Below the pieces are notes generated by a model. That model saw nothing but the letters and a program-made list of their open reading frames with translations. It searched no databases and was not told where the DNA came from. From the NCBI GenBank assembly GCA_016699145.1, contig CP064962.1, positions 930,001 through 962,000 on the forward strand: 32,000 nt of DNA, read 5' to 3'. Positions 9,108-16,744 of this stretch are shown here, in pieces. Both the position numbers and the translations under genes were made by a program. How positions within the stretch are numbered: position 1 is the first letter of the stretch; every line of letters starts with the position of its first letter. The stretch is from Candidatus Saccharimonadota bacterium. Its GTDB lineage: Bacteria; Patescibacteriota; Gracilibacteria; UBA1369; 2-02-FULL-48-14.

Positions 9108-10154
9108 ATGATCGATAAAAAACAAGTCGACGAGTGGAAACAGCTCGTACTCACCAATCCCAAACGACTACAGGAAGAGGAAGATGTGATCAGTAAATAC
9201 GGCCAGATCTTTCACCCATCCAACCTTGACCGCCTCACAAAGGAAGATTTCAAATCGTTCCTTGTAATCAAAAACAATCGGCATTGGGATGGAATCCATC
9301 GTCAGGGCAACATGATCACAGAAAATATGCCGAGGCTCATTGGGGCGTTGAAGATCCTCTTGGACGAAACACGGTCTCTTAAAGAGCGTTTGGACGACCT
9401 ATTCCCGCCCAAAGGGCCTTCAATGATCAAAGGCTTAGGCAGGGCCATAGTAACGCCCATTCTGCTTGTAGTTCATCCCGAAAGATACGGCGTATTCAAT
9501 ACGAAGAGTGAAGCAGGTTTGGAGGCAGCTGGGCTACTCCCAAATTTGAAAGGAAAAAGTTTTGCGGAACGATACATTGCTGTAAATGAAGTCTTGAGGC
9601 AGTTCGCCAAAGAGCACGAGCTTACTCTCTGGCAAACAGATGAGATTGTAGGCTGGCTCTCACTTGGTAATAAACCAATTGGCAGTGAGGAAGATGAGGA
9701 TTCGGAAGAAGTAGAAGCCATACTTCAGAAAGAAGGTGTAACAGACGTGGCTGAATTCGGACTCGAAAAGTTCTTGGAGGAATTCCTCGTGTACAACTGG
9801 GATAAAACCCCTCTGGGTGCAACCCACTCAATTTTTGAAGAGGATGGCGATCTAATCGGCCAGCAATACGACACCAAGATCGTAGGGCGCATTGATATTC
9901 TCGCCAAAAGCAAAGATGGGAATGAGTGGTTGGTTATTGAATTAAAACGAGGCAGATCCAGCGACGAAGTAGTTGGACAAGTGCTCAGGTACATCGGCTT
10001 CGTAACGGAACATTTAGCTAGTGAAGGTGAAACGGTGAAAGGCCTCATCATTTTAGGTTCCCATGATGACCGCATCCGCTATGCACTCAAGACACTCCCA
10101 AACGTTTCATTGCAAACTTACGAGGTGAATTTCAAGTTGAATAACATGGAATGA
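9108..10154 (+). CDS. Two-domain protein with C-terminal NucS/DUF91-like PD-(D/E)xK nuclease domain
   Basis: The C-terminal string GRIDILAKSKDGNEWLVIELKRGRSSDEVVGQVLRYIGFV matches the NucS-type pattern (D...E-x-K followed by GQ..RY). An acidic linker (EEDEDSEE) precedes it. The N-terminal about 190 aa are unassigned. Confidence 0.65.
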   Translation: MIDKKQVDEWKQLVLTNPKRLQEEEDVISKYGQIFHPSNLDRLTKEDFKSFLVIKNNRHWDGIHRQGNMITENMPRLIGALKILLDETRSLKERLDDLFPPKGPSMIKGLGRAIVTPILLVVHPERYGVFNTKSEAGLEAAGLLPNLKGKSFAERYIAVNEVLRQFAKEHELTLWQTDEIVGWLSLGNKPIGSEEDEDSEEVEAILQKEGVTDVAEFGLEKFLEEFLVYNWDKTPLGATHSIFEEDGDLIGQQYDTKIVGRIDILAKSKDGNEWLVIELKRGRSSDEVVGQVLRYIGFVTEHLASEGETVKGLIILGSHDDRIRYALKTLPNVSLQTYEVNFKLNNME

Positions 10155-10192
10155 GTACTCCACAACTTATGACAAACTCCTGAGGCGGGTCT

Positions 10193-10684
10193 TTACCTGA
10201 GGTGCTCCAAAATCTGCAATGTACGGAAAAAAACATTGCCATGATCACTTGTACTGATACGCGCTAGCTTCCTCATGGCTGTTATTTTTTCTGTATAGAT
10301 TCCATTGATCACCAGCTCCAATGATTGGATTTGTTTCAATTCACTTGTAATGGCTCCATTAGGAACTCTAGGAGACCAGAACATGAACCGCTTATTTTTG
10401 AAATGTGACAGGAACTCTTCAGCATACTCTTTTTGTCTTTGATGCTTGTCCTGGATTTTTTTTACAGTCCCTGCATTTCCATTACCATAATCCACGCCAT
10501 TCAGATGAGTCGTGACCTCACAAATAAAAACGGTATTCGTCTTGAAATTCATTCCGATTACATCTAGTTCGCCAAGACCCTTGATGCCACCGCCAGTAGG
10601 CCTCACGTTGTAGTCGATGACATCACATTCTTCAACGAGTTTTAGGTAGGCTCCAACAATGTATTCTCCGATGTCAGTTTTCAT
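10193..10684 (-). CDS. Small PD-(D/E)xK-like (restriction-endonuclease-fold) protein co-transcribed with the LexA-like repressor
   Basis: 163-aa ORF starting 8 nt after the repressor stop. ELDVIGMNFKTNTVFICEVTTH gives a D...E-x-T/K-type core; the assignment is tentative. Confidence 0.45.
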   Translation of the reverse strand: MKTDIGEYIVGAYLKLVEECDVIDYNVRPTGGGIKGLGELDVIGMNFKTNTVFICEVTTHLNGVDYGNGNAGTVKKIQDKHQRQKEYAEEFLSHFKNKRFMFWSPRVPNGAITSELKQIQSLELVINGIYTEKITAMRKLARISTSDHGNVFFRTLQILEHLR

Positions 10685-10692
10685 CGTGTGAG

Positions 10693-11328
10693 TTAATAGG
10701 GTTTTTCTTCATACGAAATACGTCCGATAAGTTTCCCACGAATTTGGCAGTTTTCTACTGCAATGGACTCAAAGTCAGCATTTTCTGGTTTCAACATAAT
10801 GGATTGTGGCTTCTTGTAGACCCGCTTCAGGGTAGCACGCTCTTCAGTAGGGTCATCACCTAAAATAACCACTCCAATATCTCCATCATCCACATCGTTT
10901 TGCTTCCGAATGACTAGGATATCTTTATCGCTAATGCCAGCATTGATCATACTAAAACCTTCTGCATAAAGACCGTAAAAAGGCCCTGCTCCTTTCAACA
11001 TGCCTTTCGGCACACTGATGACCTCCGAAGCCTCTTCAAACACCTCAATAGGTTCTCCACAGGCAATTTTGCCAAGGATTGGTATGCCTTGGGTATGACC
11101 AAAAATCTCAACACCACGCCCTTCTGATTTAGAGGATGATTTTAAGTACCCCTTTTTCTCTAGGTTTTTGACGTGATTATAAACAACGCTTGGAGACACA
11201 TCCAAACCTCTACCCGCCTCTTCATAAGTTGGAGGACGTTGGTTCGCTTGAATGAATGTCTCATAATAATGAAACACCTTTTGTTGGCTTGATGTCAGAC
11301 TTTCGAGCATGGCGTGGAGTAACTTCAT
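10693..11328 (-). CDS. lexA: LexA-family repressor (wHTH plus S24 self-cleaving peptidase); probably the island's immunity repressor
   Basis: The N-terminal LexA-type wHTH reads PPTYEEAGRGLDVSPSVVYNHVKNLEKKGYL. The cleavage-site region is GKIACGEP (Cys90-Gly91). The Ser/Lys dyad context is GFSM (S126) and TLKRV (K168). The gene is divergent from a phage-like operon. Confidence 0.85.
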   Translation of the reverse strand: MKLLHAMLESLTSSQQKVFHYYETFIQANQRPPTYEEAGRGLDVSPSVVYNHVKNLEKKGYLKSSSKSEGRGVEIFGHTQGIPILGKIACGEPIEVFEEASEVISVPKGMLKGAGPFYGLYAEGFSMINAGISDKDILVIRKQNDVDDGDIGVVILGDDPTEERATLKRVYKKPQSIMLKPENADFESIAVENCQIRGKLIGRISYEEKPY

Positions 11329-11382
11329 CTACATGATACCACTCCTGATAGCGCCAAGTCTACGCATTTTCGTAATAAGTTC

Positions 11383-11411
11383 TTGTGTATTCTCTTTTTA
11401 TTCGCTATAGT
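11383..11411 (+). promoter_or_regulatory. Candidate sigma70-type promoter for the rightward operon (-35 TTGTGT, 17-nt spacer, -10 TATAGT)
   Basis: Read directly from the sequence, 26 nt upstream of the ATG at 11437, inside the 108-nt divergent region opposite the repressor gene. Confidence 0.3.
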
Positions 11412-11436
11412 TGTTCCGTTTCTTAATTTTACAGAT

Positions 11437-11613
11437 ATGGCAACAAATCCTCCAAAAGGTGACGGCAGGCGACAAGGAGCTGTCCGTGATCGCAAGCAAG
11501 TTTATAATCCCAAGACTGACGTTTGGACCAAAATGGGGGACAACGGAAAATTCATGGATGGCAAAAAGTCATCAGGACCCTTCAAAGGCGTCACTAAAAT
11601 CAATAAACCTTAA
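11437..11613 (+). CDS. Small basic protein (58 aa), first gene of the rightward operon
   Basis: I take the internal ATG at 11437 (MATNPPKGDGRRQGAVRDRKQVYNPKTDVWTKMGDNGKFMDGKKSSGPFKGVTKINKP) rather than the track's non-ATG codon at 11383, which would overlap the candidate promoter. Confidence 0.5.
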   Translation: MATNPPKGDGRRQGAVRDRKQVYNPKTDVWTKMGDNGKFMDGKKSSGPFKGVTKINKP

Positions 11614-11624
11614 CCACAATTATC

Positions 11625-11906
11625 ATGGCAGACTTACAGGTAACATGCATCATAAAGCCCAATATTGATAGCACTCACGAACACATCACCCACCTTGGTG
11701 GGTACGGCTGGCTTGCGACAAGGGAAAAGGTCATTCAAAACATCGAAAGTAAGACGGATACGTTTTATGTTTTAGATCCCATCAATCGTCGTCGATCCGA
11801 TGTTGGAGTTGTGCGCGAGCTTGGACACAATCCTTATTTGCGGACTTATGCGGATGGGTATTACAATAACAACCTCCTTTCTTTAGATCAGTGTCCAACA
11901 CGCTAA
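11625..11906 (+). CDS. DUF3892-family protein
   Basis: 93 aa with the pattern HITHLGG...W...REKVIQNIESKTDTFYV...VGVV...YLRTYADGYYNNNLLSLDQCP, as I recall it for DUF3892. Confidence 0.65.
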   Translation: MADLQVTCIIKPNIDSTHEHITHLGGYGWLATREKVIQNIESKTDTFYVLDPINRRRSDVGVVRELGHNPYLRTYADGYYNNNLLSLDQCPTR

Positions 11907-11949
11907 GGACTGATCGGGCTCATGGGTCTACCCGTTCACAAATGTAGAT

Positions 11950-12507
11950 ATGCAAAATTTCAACAATATGGTCACAGCTTCAGGGATACAAATGGATTAC
12001 GCTGGAACGAATAACGTGAGCAATTTTATCGAGAGACTAAACGACGTGGCCGACATCCTCAAGGAGTTAGAAGAAGCACTATTGAAACCAGTAAGAGTAA
12101 TTCACGGATGGATCAAGGATGACACATTTGATTTAGAATTGGAAACAGTCCAAATCATGCGCTCAAAACCTGGAGAACTAGCCATTGTTTTTAAGCATGA
12201 TTGTGTAGTTGTTTGTGGCAAGAAAATTTATCCAAAAATGAATTCCGTTCACGTTTTAGTGATACGAGCATTGATTGAAACACAGGATGAGTTTGGAATT
12301 TGTACGGAGCGACAGATAGAGAATCTTCTTCGGGATCAGGGTCTGCCACCACGTGAAGGAGAAAAAATGAAAGATAGAATCCGTTTAGGGATCAGAGCGG
12401 CTAAAAGATTTTTGAATTTAGAAGATAGTCAAATCGGCCTGAATGGGGTGTTTGCAAAGAGAATACGAAACAGGGGTTATCTTGTAGATAATACGGTGAG
12501 GACATAA
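11950..12507 (+). CDS. Hypothetical protein
   Basis: 185-aa ORF followed directly by a strong intrinsic terminator. No family recognised. Confidence 0.5.
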   Translation: MQNFNNMVTASGIQMDYAGTNNVSNFIERLNDVADILKELEEALLKPVRVIHGWIKDDTFDLELETVQIMRSKPGELAIVFKHDCVVVCGKKIYPKMNSVHVLVIRALIETQDEFGICTERQIENLLRDQGLPPREGEKMKDRIRLGIRAAKRFLNLEDSQIGLNGVFAKRIRNRGYLVDNTVRT

Positions 12508-12532
12508 TTCAAAAACGGGAGAAGTGTGTTTG

Positions 12533-12558
12533 AAAACGGGAGATTCTCCCGTTTTTTT
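12533..12558 (+). terminator. Rho-independent terminator
   Basis: aaaACGGGAgattcTCCCGTttttttt: a GC-rich stem (12536-12541 pairs with 12547-12552), a 5-nt loop and a T7 tract, 26 nt after the stop at 12507. Confidence 0.75.
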
Positions 12559-12598
12559 GTTCATAGCAAAATGGGGACGATTTTTTAACCCCATTCAA

Positions 12599-13873
12599 AT
12601 GGACAATCCAAAATCAGTTCTCGTTCCAATTAAAAATCTTAACCCTTCTCCCTACAATCCTAGAAAAATAAACCCAGAAGCATTTGAACAGATCAAAGAA
12701 AGCATAAAACGCTTTGGGCTCTTAGGACCTATTATCGTCAATAATGCTCCGAACCGGAAGAATATTGTAATCGGAGGGCATCAGAGAATGAGGGCAGCTA
12801 TTGAATTAGGATTCGATCAAATCCCAGTGCTTTACGTCAACATTCCTGATGAAGACAGAGAGCGCGAATTGAATATCAGGTTGAACAAAAATACTGGAGA
12901 ATGGAACTTTGACCTTCTTCGTGAATTTGATCTAGACCTTCTCACGGATGTCGGGTTTTCTCCTGAAGATTTACAGAATCTCTGGGATGACGTATTCGAA
13001 ACAGAGGATGACGACTTTGACATCGAGGAAGAACTGAAAACAATCAAAGAAGTTTTTGTTAAGGAAGGAGACTTCTATCAACTGGGCCAGCACGTGCTGG
13101 CATGTGGAGATAGCACTGACCCAAACACTGTAAAGAAGCTCGTAGGTGATAAAAAGGTACACCTGATATCAGGCGATCCTCCTTACAACATCGGCCTTTC
13201 CTACGACAAAGGGATAGGTGGGACTAAATCAAAATACGGAGGAACCAAAGTCAACGACAACAAATCAGATGAAGCTTATAGAGCGTTCCTCAAGAAAACT
13301 TTAGAGAACGCACTCACCGTTTCGCAGTCAGATACACATATTTTTTACTGGTGCGACGAAAGGTATATCTGGATATTACAAACTCTCTATGCAGAGCTGG
13401 GCGTAAAGAGTCAGCGAGTGTGTTTTTGGATTAAAAACTCGGCCATGGTCACGCCACAAATTGCCTTCAATAAAACCATTGAACCAGTGATTTATGGGAC
13501 GCGTGGAAAACCATTCTTATCCAGCTACCACACATCTTTCACTGAGATCATGAACAAAGAGGTAGGCACGGGTAATCGTGCGCATGATGACGTGCTCGAC
13601 TTGTTGGACATTTGGCTTGAAAAGCGGCTTCCGTCGGCAAGCTATTCCCATCCCACGGAAAAGAGCCCAACCATCTATGAACGCATGCTCAGACGTTGTA
13701 CCAAGCCAGGAGATTACGTCCTAGAACTCTTCGGTGGAAGCGGATCCATTATGGCAGCATGCCAGCAAATGAACCGCCGTTGCCTCCTCATAGAACTAGA
13801 TCCTTTATTCGCATCTTTAATTATTCGACGTTATGAAAAACTCACCAACCAAAAAGCCCTCAAGCTCAATTGA
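12599..13873 (+). CDS. ParB-like nuclease domain fused to beta-class N4/N6 DNA methyltransferase
   Basis: ParB/Srx N-terminal strings: VPIKNLNPSPYNPRK, GGHQRMRAA. Methyltransferase motif IV (SGDPPYNIG) precedes motif I (ELFGGSGS), which is the beta-class order. The start is set at ATG 12599 because the track's upstream extension (12524) overlaps the terminator hairpin. Confidence 0.85.
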   Translation: MDNPKSVLVPIKNLNPSPYNPRKINPEAFEQIKESIKRFGLLGPIIVNNAPNRKNIVIGGHQRMRAAIELGFDQIPVLYVNIPDEDRERELNIRLNKNTGEWNFDLLREFDLDLLTDVGFSPEDLQNLWDDVFETEDDDFDIEEELKTIKEVFVKEGDFYQLGQHVLACGDSTDPNTVKKLVGDKKVHLISGDPPYNIGLSYDKGIGGTKSKYGGTKVNDNKSDEAYRAFLKKTLENALTVSQSDTHIFYWCDERYIWILQTLYAELGVKSQRVCFWIKNSAMVTPQIAFNKTIEPVIYGTRGKPFLSSYHTSFTEIMNKEVGTGNRAHDDVLDLLDIWLEKRLPSASYSHPTEKSPTIYERMLRRCTKPGDYVLELFGGSGSIMAACQQMNRRCLLIELDPLFASLIIRRYEKLTNQKALKLN

Positions 13874-14612
13874 GCGAGGGAGCTTAATACAACTCGGAAA
13901 TCATCTCCTCTACTGCGGGAGTGCCACAAACAAAGAAGATGTGGAGACCCTCATGCAGGGGCAGAAAATAGACCTCATTGCGACAGATCCGCCCTATGCA
14001 ATAGCCGTTGTCGAAAGCAAAGACGAACTGTCCAGTCGGCACATCCCTATCGCCAACGACCAGCTCCAGTCGCACGAGCAGTATGTGGAGTTCACACGGC
14101 AGTGGCTCAAAGGGTGTAAAGGCCACCTAGCCGATAAGAATGCTTTCTATGTATTCAACTGCGACCGCATGATCCACGCTCTTTTGGACGGACTCAAAGG
14201 CGAGCAGTTTTCATTCAAACAGTTACTTGTGTGGCTCAAAACGTCCGCAAACATCGGGAGGCTCGATTACCTTCCCCAGACAGAGCTGATCGCGTACGGG
14301 TGGCATGGGACACACAAATTTTACAAGTCCAAGGATCGAAACATTCTGATCTATCCGAAGACAAAAAATAACAAGCTGCACCCCACTATGAAACCTGTGC
14401 CGCTTATGCGTCACTTGATTCTAAACTCATCCAAATTAGGAGGAGTTGTTTACGACCCATTCGCGGGTTCTGGCAGCACTCTTGTTGCTGCGGAACAGGC
14501 GAAACGCCGTTGCTTTGCAATGGAGCTTGAACCCAAGTACTGCCAAGTCATTGTAGATCGATACAAAAAACTCACAGGAATCGATCCTGTTCTCTTAACG
14601 CAATCCACATGA
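13833..14612 (+). CDS. Second beta-class N4/N6 DNA methyltransferase
   Basis: Motif IV ATDPPYAI is followed by motif I DPFAGSGST. The gene overlaps the previous one by 41 nt, and its stop overlaps the next start (ATGA at 14609-14612). Confidence 0.85.
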   Translation: MKNSPTKKPSSSIERGSLIQLGNHLLYCGSATNKEDVETLMQGQKIDLIATDPPYAIAVVESKDELSSRHIPIANDQLQSHEQYVEFTRQWLKGCKGHLADKNAFYVFNCDRMIHALLDGLKGEQFSFKQLLVWLKTSANIGRLDYLPQTELIAYGWHGTHKFYKSKDRNILIYPKTKNNKLHPTMKPVPLMRHLILNSSKLGGVVYDPFAGSGSTLVAAEQAKRRCFAMELEPKYCQVIVDRYKKLTGIDPVLLTQST

Positions 14613-15025
14613 CCACAGAGTCTAAGCAAGATGTTCGAAAAGAACAGCTTATAAGTCAGCTAGGAAAAATGCCAATCGTTCGTGCAGCTTGTGAAAAAAT
14701 GGGCGTCAGCAGAGCCACCTACTACAGGTGGCTCAGAGATGATGACGAGTTCAGAGAGGCTGCTGAGAAGGCTCTGCAAGGTGGCAAGGATGAGGTGAAT
14801 GACGTTGCAGAGGCTCAACTCATCAAGGCAATCCAGTCTGGAAACATGACAGGAATCATTTACTGGCTCAAAAATCATCACATCGATTACAACTCAAAGT
14901 TGGCACAAAGGCAGCTCATACAAAGAAAGAACGATGTGCTCAATAAAACAGAAACAGAAGTTCTACAAAAAGCCCTCAAACTTTTAAACACTAAAAATTC
15001 CTTTACCCCCTCTTCCAATGAATGA
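14609..15025 (+). CDS. Terminase small subunit-like HTH protein
   Basis: HTH MGVSRATYYRWLRDDDEFREA plus IIYWLKNHH, a pattern typical of small terminase or phage HTH proteins. It sits immediately upstream of, and overlaps, the large terminase gene. Confidence 0.6.
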   Translation: MTTESKQDVRKEQLISQLGKMPIVRAACEKMGVSRATYYRWLRDDDEFREAAEKALQGGKDEVNDVAEAQLIKAIQSGNMTGIIYWLKNHHIDYNSKLAQRQLIQRKNDVLNKTETEVLQKALKLLNTKNSFTPSSNE

Positions 15026-16494
15026 CTTTCTTTTTGAGGCACTGAAAAGTGCAAAAGTCCGACCAGAACTTACTCGTCACTCAATCAAGGCCTACATGTC
15101 TGTCTACTTCCATGAACACATGGAGTATGATTTCGCGCCTTTTCACCAAAACTTCTTTGATGCTTGCGAGGAAACAAAGCTCAAGTACGTGATTGTAAGT
15201 GCCTTCCGTGAGTCAGCTAAAACGACGATATTCACGACTTGTTTTCCTCTGTGGTCGATCATGGGCACTCAGGGGCTTAAGTTTGTTTTGATTGTGGCAA
15301 AGACTAAAGACCAAGCCGAACGTTATTTGGAAAACATAAGGATTGAATTGGAAACGAATGAGCTTTTAAAACAAGATCTAGGGCCTTTCAAAATTGAAAA
15401 AAAATGGCGAAGGGCAAAGTTGGTCAAGCACGGACATTGATCTCACCTACTACGGTGCGAGGATAACCATCGTATCTCAGAATCAGGGCTACCGAGGAAT
15501 CAAGTACGGACATCATCGCCCTGAACTCATAATCTGTGACGACCTTGAGGATGTGGATTCCGTACGCTCTCAAGAAATTCGTGACAAAATGTATCAAAAA
15601 ATCCAAGCAGACCTAATGCCAGCTGGACACAACCAGCGAACGCGCTACTTCTTCGTCGGGAACCTCATCCATGATGAGTCCTATCTCCTCAGACTCAAGA
15701 GAAATTTGGTAGATAAGGGCAACGAGGGGATCTTCATAAAAGTTCCCCTGCAAGATAAAAACGGAAAATCAAGATGGCCTGAAAAATTCCCAGACAACAA
15801 GATGGAGCAACTCAGGTTAAAAGTTGGAGGGACTCTTATGTTCAACAGAGAGTACTTACTGATTTCTAGTTCTGAGTACGACATGATCGTTCACCCAAAG
15901 TGGATTCAAAGAGAAGACGATTTACCCTCTGGATCAGATTATCATTTAGAGGAAATGGTGATATCCATTGACCCCGCCTTCTCTCTAAAAGAAAGCGCAG
16001 ACTTTACGGGAGTAGTGGCCGCCTATGTTTACATCGCTAAATCGAAGTACGAAACCCACTTTTTAGAAAAGTATTTGGAGCAAAGGCTCACAGTTCCCGA
16101 CCTAATACAAAAAATTAAATGGTTTATCAATAAATACGATCAAAAACATAAAGTAATGGTTCGAATCATTGTTGAGTCCAATGGCGCACAGGAGCTACTG
16201 GCAAACAACATCGAATCGGCATTTTTTGAGTACGGCAATGTCTCTGTACAGAAAGAGAAGAACATATCCACAGATAAAGTGAGTCGTTTACAGGCTGCCA
16301 CCTTTCCGATGGAGAGAGGGCACGTATTCTTCCCACGAAAATACAATTATCCAATACGTCAGCTACTCAACTTCCATGAGGGGCTGAAGCACGACGACCT
16401 ACCAGACGCCATTTCCATGCTGATCAACGTCGTTCACCAATCTTACGGCTCATTCACTGGAGAAAGTAAAACAAAGAACTTACTCCGCTTCTGA
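15018..16494 (+). pseudogene. Terminase large subunit split into two ORFs (15018-15440 and 15394-16494) by a frame change at an A8 run (15397-15404)
   Basis: ORF 1 carries the Walker A-like segment (SAFRESAKTT). ORF 2 carries Walker B (ELIICDDLED) and the RNase H-like nuclease half (ISIDPAFS...ADFTGVV, VESNGAQELL, HDDLPDA). With A7 instead of A8 the reading is continuous: ...FKIEKNGEGQSW.... Confidence 0.8.
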
Positions 16495-16518
16495 AGCTAG
16501 CTATTCACCGTGGCTCTG

Positions 16519-16732
16519 GCATCTGTGTAGTGGGACTTAACCCTATACAGATGCGATTCCATTTCCAACAGAGGCCGAGTGTTGTAGGATACGCACGCAG
16601 TCCTACATTCCGATTTCACGCATATTTATATGTCAATTCAGTGCAAGCTGGGGCAACCTACTTGCCTGCTGAATTGACTCTGCGTGAGCCAATAATGTGG
16701 GACTGCCAAGTCAGGTTGTCCCTTTTGTTTTT
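16519..16732 (+). ncRNA. Candidate structured RNA or leader (three hairpins plus intrinsic terminator); family unknown
   Basis: Hairpin 1: 16519-16526 pairs with 16547-16554 (gcatctgt/acagatgc). Hairpin 2: 16583-16589 pairs with 16601-16607 (tgtagga/tcctaca). Hairpin 3 is a long rod: 16616-16622 with 16681-16687, 16632-16641 with 16669-16678, and 16643-16647 with 16661-16665. It ends with the terminator at 16699-16732. Confidence 0.4.
16699..16732 (+). terminator. Rho-independent terminator 13 nt upstream of the next start codon
   Basis: GGGACtGCCaagtcaGGTtGTCCC followed by ttttgttttt. Confidence 0.65.
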
Positions 16733-16744
16733 AAATCCAAAAAT

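Noticed and set aside
11361-11374. TACG-n6-CGTA palindrome as a LexA/SOS box
   Set aside because: It has only 4-bp arms and matches no LexA-box consensus I can name with confidence (not CTGT-n8-ACAG, not GAAC-n4-GTTC). GTTC-n7-TTC at 11380-11393 is also imperfect. I leave it as unassigned.
12524-12598. Upstream extension of the ParB-methyltransferase ORF (track start 12524)
   Set aside because: The extra 25 codons start at GTG and overlap the intrinsic terminator hairpin and T-tract at 12533-12558. ATG 12599 begins right before the ParB-domain sequence.
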